Shown here one piece after another: positions 29,204 through 38,416 of a stretch of 64,000 nucleotides of DNA. How positions within the stretch are numbered: the stretch's first letter is position 1; the number at the start of each line of letters is the position of its first letter. The notes below the pieces were generated by a model. It saw only the letters and a program-made list of their open reading frames with translations, did no database searches and was not told the DNA's origin. This DNA is from Candidatus Iainarchaeum sp. Lineage in GTDB: Archaea; B1Sed10-29; WALL01. Location: contig JAGMCR010000009.1 of assembly GCA_023129115.1 (NCBI GenBank), positions 27,064-91,063 on the forward strand, given 5' to 3'. A program made the position numbers and the translations under genes.

Positions 29204-30394
29204 ATGGCGCACTCGAAAGAGAGGTACCTCTTCCGCAAGAAGCTGAAGGAACTGTCCGAAATGAAGGGACAGGGGACAGAATTGATTAGTATCTACATTA
29301 CGCCCGGCTACAACGTCAGCGAGGTCACGAACAAGCTCCGCGAAGAAGCTGGCCAGGCCATGAACATCAAGAGCAAGCAGACGCGGAAAAACGTGAGTGC
29401 CGCGATTGAGCGGCTCCTGCACGCGCTGAAGAACATGAAGAAGCCGCCCGAGAACGGGCTCGCGATTTTTTCGGGAAACATCGACGACAAGGTCGAGTTG
29501 TTCTCGATTGAGCCGCCCGAGCCACTGAATATCCAGACGTACAGGTGCGACTCACAGTTCTTTTTGGACCCGCTGTGGGACATGCTCGAGGCCAAGGAGG
29601 CGTACGGCCTGATTATTGTTGACAGGCGCGAGGCCACGCTCGCGCTGCTGAAGGGCAAGCGCATCGAGCTAATAAAGTCCATGGGGTCGCAGGTCCCCGG
29701 AAAGCACCGCGCCGGCGGGCAAAGCAGCGTGCGTTTTGAAAGGCTTATTGAAATCGCCGCGCACGAGTGGTTCAAGAAAGTCGGCGACCTGGCGAACAAG
29801 AACTTCGAGCCCGAAGAGGTCAAGGGCGTTATTTTGGGTGGGCCGGGCCCGACCAAGCACGGGTTCCTGAACGCGGACTACCTCAGCAACAAAACCAAGA
29901 AAAAAATTGTCGCCACTGTGGACACGAGCTACACCGACGAGTTCGGCATACGCGAGCTGATGCAGAAGTCTGGCGACGTGATGCACGACCTCGAGATAAT
30001 CAAGGAAAAGAAGCTCCTCGAAAAGTTTTTGAGCGAGGCGGCGCTAGGCGGCCTGGCGGCGTACGGCGAGAAAGAGGTGCGCGAGGCGCTCACGATGGGC
30101 AAAGTGGACACACTGCTCTTGAGCGAGGAATTGATGTGGAAGCGCGTCGAGTTCAAGTGCCCCCAGTGCGGCGCAATCAAGGAGATGACGGTGAAGGAGC
30201 ACATGCCACTCGTGAAGTGCGACAAGGACCACATGAACATGGCGCCGCACGTCGAGAAGGACTTCGTGGAAGAATTGGCCGAGCTCGCGGAGCAGATGGC
30301 CAGCAAAATCGAGATGATTTCGACGGACACGCCGGAAGGGGAACAATTTAAAGAGGGGTTTGGTGGGATAGGTGCGCTCCTGAGGTTTAAATAA
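29204..30394 (+). CDS. prf1: Peptide chain release factor aRF1
   Basis: NIKS, YRCD, GGQS motifs. Confidence 0.97.
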   Translation: MAHSKERYLFRKKLKELSEMKGQGTELISIYITPGYNVSEVTNKLREEAGQAMNIKSKQTRKNVSAAIERLLHALKNMKKPPENGLAIFSGNIDDKVELFSIEPPEPLNIQTYRCDSQFFLDPLWDMLEAKEAYGLIIVDRREATLALLKGKRIELIKSMGSQVPGKHRAGGQSSVRFERLIEIAAHEWFKKVGDLANKNFEPEEVKGVILGGPGPTKHGFLNADYLSNKTKKKIVATVDTSYTDEFGIRELMQKSGDVMHDLEIIKEKKLLEKFLSEAALGGLAAYGEKEVREALTMGKVDTLLLSEELMWKRVEFKCPQCGAIKEMTVKEHMPLVKCDKDHMNMAPHVEKDFVEELAELAEQMASKIEMISTDTPEGEQFKEGFGGIGALLRFK

Positions 30395-30439
30395 TATATA
30401 AGGAAAAGCTTATATATGTAAGTAATTCCTAATACCTGC

Positions 30440-31003
30440 ATGCGGCTCGACAGAGTTTTAAACGAACTGCTTGGTTCTCAAGCCAAAGTAAGGATTACAA
30501 GGGTGGTTGTCACTAACCCCCGGCTGGAGCACACCGGGAGGGAACTTGCCCTGATTGCGGAAATATCTCAACCACAAGCCAAGGAAGCGCTGGGGGTGTT
30601 GGAGACTTATGGGGTGGTTGGGAGCAGGACCGTGGGGCGGGCAATCGTGTGGAGACTAAATAAAAAAAACTATATTTACAAAGAATTGCTGCTGCCTTTG
30701 TTCACGAATGAAAAAATGGTGCTAAGGGATTTGAAAAAAGAACTTGCCCGGACTCTCGAGCCATTCTCGGAAAAAGTCATTTTATTTGGGAGCATTGCCC
30801 GGGAGGGGGGCGGGTCGTCAAGTGACTTGGACTTGTGTGTTGTCACAAAGAACAAGAAACTAGCCAAAAAAGCACTCTTGGATTTGGGGGCAGAAATTGC
30901 CAGAAAGTATAATATAGTTGTTTCGTCAGTAATTTATTCGCCGAAAGAATACAAAACATCAAAAATAATCGAGGGGGGAGAGGCAATATGCGAACGAGGA
31001 TAG
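30440..31003 (+). CDS. HTH-fused minimal nucleotidyltransferase (MNT antitoxin)
   Basis: N-terminal HTH; ILFGSIAR..SSDLDLCV. Confidence 0.85.
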   Translation: MRLDRVLNELLGSQAKVRITRVVVTNPRLEHTGRELALIAEISQPQAKEALGVLETYGVVGSRTVGRAIVWRLNKKNYIYKELLLPLFTNEKMVLRDLKKELARTLEPFSEKVILFGSIAREGGGSSSDLDLCVVTKNKKLAKKALLDLGAEIARKYNIVVSSVIYSPKEYKTSKIIEGGEAICERG

Positions 31004-31386
31004 TGGAAAAATTCAAGTACAATAATTTTCTTCAAAAGGCTAGAGAGTTTTATGACGAGATGAATGAGGCCCATGCAGCAAAGCGCTGGAATGCTGTTGG
31101 ATTAAACGGTATTCACTGTGCAATCAGCTGCTGCGACGCGGTGACAGTTTACTTTCTCGGCAAACGAAGTGCTGGAGAGCGACACGAAGAAGTGGTCAAA
31201 CTGCTACAGCAAATAAAGGACGTCGATGAAAAAGTAATAAAGCAGAGGATTGTGCAGATTCTTGATGTGCTGAGGTCCAAAACACGAGTGGAGTACCACG
31301 CAGAAGTATTTTCTGAGAAAGAAGCTGGCATGATAGTCAAGCAAACAAAACGGGTTTATGAATGGACAACTGGGCTACTTAAATGA
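30988..31386 (+). CDS. HEPN-domain protein (toxin of the MNT-HEPN pair)
   Basis: FL.KA..F, HCAISCCDA, ERHEEV, RVEY; overlaps the MNT gene; AT-rich. Confidence 0.82.
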   Translation: MRTRIVEKFKYNNFLQKAREFYDEMNEAHAAKRWNAVGLNGIHCAISCCDAVTVYFLGKRSAGERHEEVVKLLQQIKDVDEKVIKQRIVQILDVLRSKTRVEYHAEVFSEKEAGMIVKQTKRVYEWTTGLLK

Positions 31387-32456
31387 TAATCAAGCAGTCG
31401 CCGCAAGATTTTGTTGTCGAAGAAATAACTCTTGACGGGGAAGTGCTGGAGGTCGGGAAAGAATATTCTTTTTCTGGTGGGGAGGGAGAGCACCTTGTTT
31501 TTGTGCTGGAGAAGACAAACTGGGCGACTATGGGCGCGATGAAGGAATTGGGAAAGCGCTTGCATTGCTCGGAAAAGCGCTTGGGGTTCGCGGGCACCAA
31601 GGACCGGCGCGCCGTGACAACGCAGAGGTGCTCTGCGTGGAACGTGAAGAAGGAAGAGCTTGACAAAGTAAATATAAAAGACATAACGCTGAAGCCGCTC
31701 TGCTATGGCGAGCGCGTGGGGCTCGGCGACCTGTGGGGGAACAGGTTCACGATAACAGTGCGGGAGTTCGACGGCGAGGGAAAAATGCCGGAGAAAATCC
31801 CGAATTTTTTCGGGCCGCAGCGGTTTGGGGGGCAGAGGCCGATAACCCACCTCGTCGGCAAGGCGATTGTGAACGGCCAGTTCCACGACGCCGCCGACAT
31901 ATACCTTTTTGAGACGATGGAGGGCGACCCGGAGAGGGAAGTGCGGGAGAAATGCAGGGGCGACTACGCCCGCGCCCTCAAGGAATTCCCGATGCACCTT
32001 AAGTACGAGCGGTCGATGCTTGGCTGGCTCGCGAAGAGCCCGGGCGACTGGGTGGGTGCGCTGCGGGCATTGCCGCGGAAATTGCTGGTGATGTTCGTTC
32101 ATGCTTACCAGTCGCACTTGTTCAACCGCGTGCTCGAGGAGCGGGGCATTGAGCCGAGGAAAGGGGACGTCCTTGAGGAGGGAGTGCCCACGGGCCCGCT
32201 GTTTGGCATGGAGTGCCCGCTCGCCGCCGGGGAGGCGGGCGAGATTGAGCGCCGCGTGCTTGAGGGCGAGTGGCTGGGGCTGAGGGACTTCGAAATCCAC
32301 GGCATGCCTGACCTGACGAGCAAGGGCATGAGGCGGAGGCTCTGGATTGAGCCGAAGGGCTTCGAGGTGTTGGAGGGGGGCGGGAGCTGGATAAAAGTAA
32401 GGTTTTCGCTGCCGAAGGGGTGCTACGCGACTACTGCGTTAGATTACCTGAAGTAG
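31383..32456 (+). CDS. truD: tRNA pseudouridine(13) synthase
   Basis: DFVVEE, FAGTKDRRAVTTQ, GNRF, PNFFGPQRFG, FSLPKGCYAT. Confidence 0.96.
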   Translation: MIIKQSPQDFVVEEITLDGEVLEVGKEYSFSGGEGEHLVFVLEKTNWATMGAMKELGKRLHCSEKRLGFAGTKDRRAVTTQRCSAWNVKKEELDKVNIKDITLKPLCYGERVGLGDLWGNRFTITVREFDGEGKMPEKIPNFFGPQRFGGQRPITHLVGKAIVNGQFHDAADIYLFETMEGDPEREVREKCRGDYARALKEFPMHLKYERSMLGWLAKSPGDWVGALRALPRKLLVMFVHAYQSHLFNRVLEERGIEPRKGDVLEEGVPTGPLFGMECPLAAGEAGEIERRVLEGEWLGLRDFEIHGMPDLTSKGMRRRLWIEPKGFEVLEGGGSWIKVRFSLPKGCYATTALDYLK

Positions 32457-32458
32457 AT

Positions 32459-32521
32459 GCCTCTGGGGGGCGTCAACTGCCACCGGCTTAGGGGGGCGCC
32501 GACTGGCGCCCCCCTAGTCCA
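32459..32521. repeat. GC-rich palindromic repeat: half copy plus full hairpin
   Basis: gcctctggggggcgtcaactg followed by TAGGGGGGCGCC-GACT-GGCGCCCCCCTA; related copies at 37116-37151 and 37277-37310. Confidence 0.8.
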
Positions 32522-32555
32522 TTGCGATGGCTTGGTAGTCTAACGCGAAGTTATC

Positions 32556-33410
32556 CTAAGCTGTTAGATTACCTTCAGTAAGGTTTCCCGGCTCGGCAGG
32601 AATGGCCAAGAAGTACGGCAGGCCTTCCCTCAGGAGCCCTATTGTCGCGTTGACCGCTTTTTGCGAGTCGCCGGGGGCGGGCTGTATGTCTATGGTCGAG
32701 TTGCCCACGTGCACCTGTGTCGTGGGGTAGGACGGGTAGCGCAGGATTATGGACGGCTCCTCGAGGGCCTGGCGGCACTTTTCGACCGGGACTTGCGCGT
32801 TTGAGCTGTTGGTGCACGAGAGCCAGTCGCCGTCCGCCTGCACGCCGTAGACGCTCACGTTCACCCCCTCTGACGCGAGGTGGAAGACGAGCGGCACGAA
32901 CGCGTCGACTGCTCCCTGGGGGTCTTCGCCGGGCTTTACCTCGAAAAAGAAGTTCACTTCGGGGGAGTAGCCCAGCAATGCCGCCTTGAGCAGGGGGTTC
33001 CAGTGGTACGAGTAAAAGATTATGCCTGCCTGCTTGTCGCCGGCGGCGTTGTAGTCTACGTAGAGGCCTTCCGAGTTGTGCAGGAGCTTGTGGCCGTTCT
33101 CGTCAGTGGCGTAGACGCTTATTTGCTTAAGGCCGACGTCGTCGTACGGCGAGACGAAGTAGCTGAAGAAGTAGCTGTTGCCCTCCTGCCTGTCAAGGGT
33201 GGCCTCGCGGTCCGGGAGGAGAACTGATATCTGGTTGAGCGGAATGCTGGAGTCCACGCGTATCGTGGCGTAGCCTATGGCTGCGGGCTGGGGATGGGCG
33301 GAGACATTGAGCTCGGCGCGCTCGCTGTGGGACGTGCCGAAGTACGAAGTGATGCCTATTGAAATGACGACTATAAGGGCGAGGAATATCCATTGCTTTT
33401 GTGCTTTCAT
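32556..33410 (-). CDS. Hypothetical membrane-anchored/secreted protein
   Basis: N-terminal TM, beta-rich body, N-x-S/T sequons; downstream of the S-layer gene. Confidence 0.75.
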   Translation of the reverse strand: MKAQKQWIFLALIVVISIGITSYFGTSHSERAELNVSAHPQPAAIGYATIRVDSSIPLNQISVLLPDREATLDRQEGNSYFFSYFVSPYDDVGLKQISVYATDENGHKLLHNSEGLYVDYNAAGDKQAGIIFYSYHWNPLLKAALLGYSPEVNFFFEVKPGEDPQGAVDAFVPLVFHLASEGVNVSVYGVQADGDWLSCTNSSNAQVPVEKCRQALEEPSIILRYPSYPTTQVHVGNSTIDIQPAPGDSQKAVNATIGLLREGLPYFLAIPAEPGNLTEGNLTA

Positions 33411-33435
33411 GGTATCAGCTAAGGGCTTTTTAGAA

Positions 33436-33476
33436 TAAAAAAGAAAGGGGAAAGGGACCTTATGGTCCCTTCTCCG
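33436..33476 (-). terminator. Hairpin plus T-tract after the S-layer gene
   Basis: Minus strand aagggacc-ataa-ggtccctt followed by a pyrimidine/T run. Confidence 0.6.
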
Positions 33477-33481
33477 GGTTT

Positions 33482-35944
33482 TTAAAGTGCCTCAATCGCA
33501 GATATGAGACTGTTCACAGCCGAAGCAGTGTCCGAAGCGGTGTAACCCGCGACGTACAGTGTGCTTCCGTCCAGCTCAGTCATCGTGGTGCCGGCACCAG
33601 TCAGCGTGCCCTCGGTCTTGCCGACCGCGAGCTTGTTGACGTAGTGGCCGCCGATAACGATGGCGTTGCCGGTTGGGCTGGTCGAGTCACTCACAACGAG
33701 GTTGCTGGAGACAGTACCGAAGGTAACTCCGGTCGCAACAGACTCCACGTCACAGGTGAGCTCGGTCACAGTCACATCAGAGGTCACGTCGTACGGGAAC
33801 GTCTTGGTTGTGTCGACGGTGAACGCACTCTCGCTCACGCCGGTTGTCTCGCTCACGCCAGGTGTCAGGGTTGCCCTGAGCTTCGCGTTTTCCTTGAAGA
33901 CCTCGACCTCAACAGTTGAGGAGTCGGTAGCCTCAAGGTTCGCGTAGGCAAGCTCTTCGTACAAGAACCTGTCTTCACCAGACTTGTCAACGCTCTGCCT
34001 GATGTAGTCGCTGAAGACTTCCCTGATGCCCTCGTAGTCGCCACTTGCAGTCACGTCGTAGACGAAGCCGTGTACCGCGCTTCCAGGCGCGCGATAGATG
34101 GCCGCCACTAAGGTGTTGTTCTCGTAGACATACTCATGGCCCCCAGTGGTGATGTTGGTATAGTTGGTCCAGTTCCACATTGGGCCGGGCCACCACAGGT
34201 CATAGTAGTCACTCGTGATGTTCTGGTCTGCACCACTCATCACGTAGATGACGTCTTCACTGCCGTAGTCCATGTAGTCGCCCGAGGTCAGAGAGATGTT
34301 GACGTTCTGTGTTCCCTGGTTGGTGCTGACGGCTATTTCTTCCCAGATAAGCTGTGCGCCAGCCGTTGTGTTGTCGTAGCCAAGGAAGAACGGTCCAACT
34401 GCATTGACTGCCGCCATCTCGTTGTCACCCTTCGCGTTGGCAGCTGTTATGTTGCCGTAGTTTGAGAGGGTGTACTTGATGTCGTTCAGCTTCACGTAAC
34501 TCTTCGCCTGGTTGGGGGCCGACCTATAGTAAATGGTGTCAATCTTGATTGGCTGTTCATTTGCTATAAAGTAGTCGCCCGACCTGAGCGGGAAGTAACC
34601 AATCTGGTTGATGGTGTGGTTGGTGAAGTTGTCCGCATAACCAACATAGGCGCTGGCATTCTCTGCCAAGAACGTCTGGCCGCGGTAGTCAGAGTCGTCC
34701 CACATGTCGACGGTGTACTGGTTCTCGTAGGTGTCCGAGTACGTCAGCTCGTCAATGATGTACCTGTCGCTCGACTCAGTGCCATGGATGGTAAACTTGT
34801 CCACCTCAATCTCGTTGCGGTCTGCGTTTGTTCCGGCGTACTTCAGGGTGAAGTACCCCTTCGGGCCGACAATCTCGGTCACCATATCGTTCTTCCCGTA
34901 GTTCTTGTTCAAGTAGAGGTCTACGTAGTTGGTGTTGGGTGGTGCGTTAACAATGTCGACCTTCCAGATGTCGCTGCCGGGGAACTTGTCGTTGTCAATT
35001 AGCTTCAGCAGCTCGCCGCCAACGCGGAGGGTTGCCGAGCCGCCCTGTCCAGGCGTGTAGGACTTCTGGACCGACTGCAGGTAGGTGTAGAAACCACCCT
35101 GGGTCGCGTCCTGGTTGTTGCCTGTGTCGAGCTGCGTGCTCACCGGGCTGGTAAGGTCGCCGCCGCTCACGGTCACTGTTGCATAACCAACGTTGACCAC
35201 GCCGGTTTCGTCCAGGCTCGCGCTGTCGAGCGTGACCGTGTAGGTCAGGTCGCCGACAGTCACGTCAGTGCTCTGTCCGATACCGAGGCTGACTTTCTCG
35301 CCCTTGACCAGGTGCATCTCGTTGGACGTCATCTTGTTCACGACATACGTCTCGCCGAGGAACACAATCTCGAGAGTCTGGTTCAGCTTGTTGTCCGAGT
35401 ACGGGAAGTTCTTGATAAAGTCAAACCTGTACTTTACCGCCGGGCTGCCGGTGTCCTCAAAGTAGACACCGTGGTGGTCCTTGTCCTCCTCGTACTGCAG
35501 GGTCACGGCATTGCTCACGTCCACGCTTTCCTTGTAGTCGTATTCCAGGTTGTTGAAGGTAAACGTGCCCTTGTGCATGCCGTGGGCTTCACCCAGGGTC
35601 AAGGAGTCAATTGCTTCGTTGACAATGGTTCCGGTAACATCCTGATCCATATAGGTGCCTTCTGTCGGAACAGCGGAGGCGCCACTAACCTTCAGCTTGA
35701 CGGTTCCGGTCGCGTCGGGGGTAACTGCCCCGCCGGTCTCGACGTATGCCTTGCGACCAATCCTAGCGGCCAAGTTGCCCGCCAAAACAGCGTCGTCAAG
35801 GGAACCGACAACAATCTGAACATTGGTGTTGCCACTTACGTCCCAATAGAAGTCCTTTGCTGGCAGCGCAGCTAGAGCCGCACCGACAAGCAAAGCAGTA
35901 CCTGCCGCCACAGCAGCTGCTTTCTTTATGTTTAGAGACTTCAT
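33482..35944 (-). CDS. S-layer protein
   Basis: IKKAAAVAAGTALLVGAALA signal, IVVG..D N-terminus, IVIGGH.VN.L and LYVAGY.A.DT C-terminus; many sequons; GAGGTGA RBS. Confidence 0.88.
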   Translation of the reverse strand: MKSLNIKKAAAVAAGTALLVGAALAALPAKDFYWDVSGNTNVQIVVGSLDDAVLAGNLAARIGRKAYVETGGAVTPDATGTVKLKVSGASAVPTEGTYMDQDVTGTIVNEAIDSLTLGEAHGMHKGTFTFNNLEYDYKESVDVSNAVTLQYEEDKDHHGVYFEDTGSPAVKYRFDFIKNFPYSDNKLNQTLEIVFLGETYVVNKMTSNEMHLVKGEKVSLGIGQSTDVTVGDLTYTVTLDSASLDETGVVNVGYATVTVSGGDLTSPVSTQLDTGNNQDATQGGFYTYLQSVQKSYTPGQGGSATLRVGGELLKLIDNDKFPGSDIWKVDIVNAPPNTNYVDLYLNKNYGKNDMVTEIVGPKGYFTLKYAGTNADRNEIEVDKFTIHGTESSDRYIIDELTYSDTYENQYTVDMWDDSDYRGQTFLAENASAYVGYADNFTNHTINQIGYFPLRSGDYFIANEQPIKIDTIYYRSAPNQAKSYVKLNDIKYTLSNYGNITAANAKGDNEMAAVNAVGPFFLGYDNTTAGAQLIWEEIAVSTNQGTQNVNISLTSGDYMDYGSEDVIYVMSGADQNITSDYYDLWWPGPMWNWTNYTNITTGGHEYVYENNTLVAAIYRAPGSAVHGFVYDVTASGDYEGIREVFSDYIRQSVDKSGEDRFLYEELAYANLEATDSSTVEVEVFKENAKLRATLTPGVSETTGVSESAFTVDTTKTFPYDVTSDVTVTELTCDVESVATGVTFGTVSSNLVVSDSTSPTGNAIVIGGHYVNKLAVGKTEGTLTGAGTTMTELDGSTLYVAGYTASDTASAVNSLISAIEAL

Positions 35945-36137
35945 TTGTTTTTTCACCTCATGCATCTGTAAAAAGATTTACATCAAGGATAGAGCAAGAG
36001 CCCTACCCTTGGTGAGCATAAATCACACTCCATTTATAAACATATCGCTTTATTATCGTCATTTTGCGAATATTTGGGTTTAAAGGGGTGTTGCCTGTTT
36101 GATGGATTCAGACCTATATAAGCCTATTTAAAAGCCC

Positions 36138-36773
36138 TCATTTTATGAAGATTTCCTTGCTTTGCTTGCGGTATTCCTTGATTGCGAGGTCTTTCTGGAC
36201 CAAATTGGCTGCATAGGCCTGGAGGACTGAGGCTATATCCATGAGGATGCCCTGGGCCTCATTGGGGCTGATTGTGTACTCTTCCATGGGCTCCAGCTCT
36301 ATTGAAGAGGGCCCATACGTCAAAACGAAGTAAACGATGTCCTCGAGCCGCTTTGCCGCCACATCAGCTTCTATCAGGTTGGTATAGAACGCGTCTTCCT
36401 TTATAATCTCGTCCTGGAGCGTGTTGCTCACTGCCACAATCTGGTCCTTGGCCATTTCTCCCACCATGTGCTTCGTGGCGTCCTCCAAATCCTTTTTTTT
36501 CTTGGCCTGGCCCTCAATAATGACGTGCGCCCTGAAAATGTGTGCTTCTGTTGGTTTTTCACCCATAACTCCTCGCCTCACTGCCTCTACAGCCCTGTAC
36601 TTGGTTGGGTAGCCGCCCAGCTTTTCCACTGTCCTTAGCTTAATCAGCTTGGCCAGGTCGCCCTCGAGCTCGTGGAGCGGCATCCCAAGCTCGTCCCTGA
36701 GCTCTTTCGCCGTCTTCTCGCCATCGACAAGCGCCTTGGCAATCAGTGCCTGATTGCGGCTAAACCCGGGCAT
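36138..36773 (-). CDS. Hypothetical protein with N-terminal wHTH
   Basis: GEKTAKELRDELG...P.KY.A (TrmB-like HTH); YGPSSIE C-domain. Confidence 0.7.
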   Translation of the reverse strand: MPGFSRNQALIAKALVDGEKTAKELRDELGMPLHELEGDLAKLIKLRTVEKLGGYPTKYRAVEAVRRGVMGEKPTEAHIFRAHVIIEGQAKKKKDLEDATKHMVGEMAKDQIVAVSNTLQDEIIKEDAFYTNLIEADVAAKRLEDIVYFVLTYGPSSIELEPMEEYTISPNEAQGILMDIASVLQAYAANLVQKDLAIKEYRKQSKEIFIK

Positions 36774-36809
36774 AGGGCTTTTTATAATTGGGTTTGTTTA
36801 AAAACGCTT

Positions 36810-37106
36810 ATGGTCAATCCCGCCAACTTCACGGCGCTGCCCATTGCATTTAACGAGCCGAGCGGGCTCATAGTGCTCGCCGTGGGCGCAGTCGTCGTCG
36901 TTGCCGCGTTCTACATATTCTTCCGCATAATCAAGGACGTCATCGCAAACGCCATAATCGGCGGAATCGGCTTGATAGTGCTGCACTTCGCCGGCCCACA
37001 CATCGGCGTCAGCGTGCCCATCGACTTGATAAACATCGTAATCGCCATCCTCGGCGGATTGCCGGGACTGGCCATAATAGTCGTTTTCTCGGCTCTTGGG
37101 CTATAG
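36810..37106 (+). CDS. BofA-like small membrane protein
   Basis: IANAIIGGIGLIVL..IG..VPI..INI.IAILGGLPG. Confidence 0.75.
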   Translation: MVNPANFTALPIAFNEPSGLIVLAVGAVVVVAAFYIFFRIIKDVIANAIIGGIGLIVLHFAGPHIGVSVPIDLINIVIAILGGLPGLAIIVVFSALGL

Positions 37107-37115
37107 CCTAGCTCA

Positions 37116-37151
37116 GTAGACTAGGGGGGCGTCAACTGACGCCCCCCCTAG
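37116..37151. repeat. GC-rich palindromic repeat copy
   Basis: GTAGA-CTAGGGGGGCGTC-AACT-GACGCCCCCCCTAG. Confidence 0.8.
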
Positions 37152-37167
37152 GCTGGTTTGAATTAAG

Positions 37168-37255
37168 TTATTTGAATACTCCAGCAATCTTCGCGCTGCA
37201 CGACGGGCACTTCCCCTTGTCCACGTGGCTTTCCAGCAGCGCGAAGCCGTGCCGC
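37168..37255 (-). repeat. Orphan duplicate of the last 28 codons plus stop of the radical SAM gene
   Basis: 37206-37255 identical to 37351-37400; encodes RHGFALLESHVDKGKCPSCSAKIAGVFK* versus RHGFALLESHVDKGKCHSCGQKIAGVFK*. Confidence 0.9.
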
Positions 37256-37276
37256 AGCCCAAACCTGAGCTGGCGA

Positions 37277-37310
37277 GGTAGACTTGGGGGGCACAAAGCC
37301 CCCCAGAGGC
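37277..37310. repeat. GC-rich palindromic repeat copy
   Basis: GGTAGACT-TGGGGGGC-ACAAA-GCCCCCCA-GAGGC. Confidence 0.75.
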
Positions 37311-37312
37311 AG

Positions 37313-38317
37313 TTACTTAAAAACGCCGGCAATCTTCTGCCCGCAGCTGTGGCACTTCCCCTTGTCCACGTGGCTTTCCAGCAGCGCGAAGCCGTGCCGC
37401 TTTATCAATGCCTCGCCGCAGTTGGGGCAGTGCGTGTTCTCGAACGGGTCGCCGGGATAAGTGTTGCCGCAGTACACGTACTTCACGCCGCTCTCGAGCG
37501 CGATTTCCCTTGCCTTTACGAGCGTCTCGCGCGGGGTGGGGTTGGTGTTCCGCATCTTGTACGCGGGAAAGAACGCGGAGAAGTGGAGGGGCATGTTTGG
37601 GTCGAGGTCGTGCACGAACTCCGAGATTTGTAGTATGGACGCGTTGTCGTCGTTCTGGCCGGGGATGATGAGGTTGGTCACCTCGACCCAGGTCTTGTTC
37701 CGCTTCATTCTTTTTATTGAGTCGAGGACGTGCTGCATCTCGACGCCGCCGCACACTTTTTTGTAGAACTCTTCGTTGCCCTTTACGTCGACGTTGGCGG
37801 CGTCCAATTCCTTGTAGTCCTTGAGCATTTCTTTGGTCATGTAGCCGTTCGTGACGAAGACGTTCTTGATTTTTTGTTTGTGCGCGAGCACGCTGGTGTC
37901 CTTGGCGTACTCGTAGAAAATCGTTGGCTCCGTATAAGTGTAGCTGATGCTTGGTGTTTTGTACTCGCCCGCCAATCGCACGACTTCACTTGGCGGGACC
38001 TCGCGCTGCGGCCCGGCCTCCCACGCGGCCTGGCTGATTTCCCAGTTCTGGCAGTGCTGGCAATGCAGGTTGCATCCCACAGTCGCGATGCTGAGGGTTT
38101 CGGTGCCCGGCAAAAAATGAAACAGCGGCTTTTTTTCGATGGGGTCCGTGTTGACCGAGCATGGCTTGGCGTACGTCATTGCGTACAGGGTGCCGCGGAT
38201 GTTCTCGCGCACCTGGCAGTTGCCCCTGCCGCCCTCGGGGATTTTGCACCGCCGGTTGCACAGGCTGCACTGGACGGCCTTGTCCTTGAGCTTTTTGTAT
38301 AGGTACGCTTCTTTCAC
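37313..38317 (-). CDS. AmmeMemoRadiSam-system radical SAM enzyme (PFL-activase-like)
   Basis: DPIEKKPLFHFLPG, CNLHCQHCQNWEISQ, YTYTEP; start taken at GTG 38317. Confidence 0.92.
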   Translation of the reverse strand: MKEAYLYKKLKDKAVQCSLCNRRCKIPEGGRGNCQVRENIRGTLYAMTYAKPCSVNTDPIEKKPLFHFLPGTETLSIATVGCNLHCQHCQNWEISQAAWEAGPQREVPPSEVVRLAGEYKTPSISYTYTEPTIFYEYAKDTSVLAHKQKIKNVFVTNGYMTKEMLKDYKELDAANVDVKGNEEFYKKVCGGVEMQHVLDSIKRMKRNKTWVEVTNLIIPGQNDDNASILQISEFVHDLDPNMPLHFSAFFPAYKMRNTNPTPRETLVKAREIALESGVKYVYCGNTYPGDPFENTHCPNCGEALIKRHGFALLESHVDKGKCHSCGQKIAGVFK

Positions 38318-38340
38318 GCGAGAGACAAAGCGCCCCGCCG

Positions 38341-38385
38341 ATATAAAGGTTTTGTGCAAAAATAATGCAAGGGTTTTATATAGTG
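38341..38385. promoter_or_regulatory. Divergent TATA boxes for the radical SAM gene (-) and the his leader/operon (+)
   Basis: atataaa at 38341 (TTTATAT on minus) and TTTTATATA at 38374, each roughly 25-35 nt from a start codon. Confidence 0.6.
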
Positions 38386-38416
38386 GGAAAGCCGCAATAG
38401 TAGCTACGTGATAGCG

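Noticed and set aside
32459-37310. CRISPR array from the palindromic repeats
   Set aside because: Copies are dispersed, variable and not regularly spaced; no cas genes.
37168-37400. Diversity-generating retroelement TR/VR pair
   Set aside because: Differences are not adenine-specific, many are synonymous, and there is no reverse transcriptase in the window.
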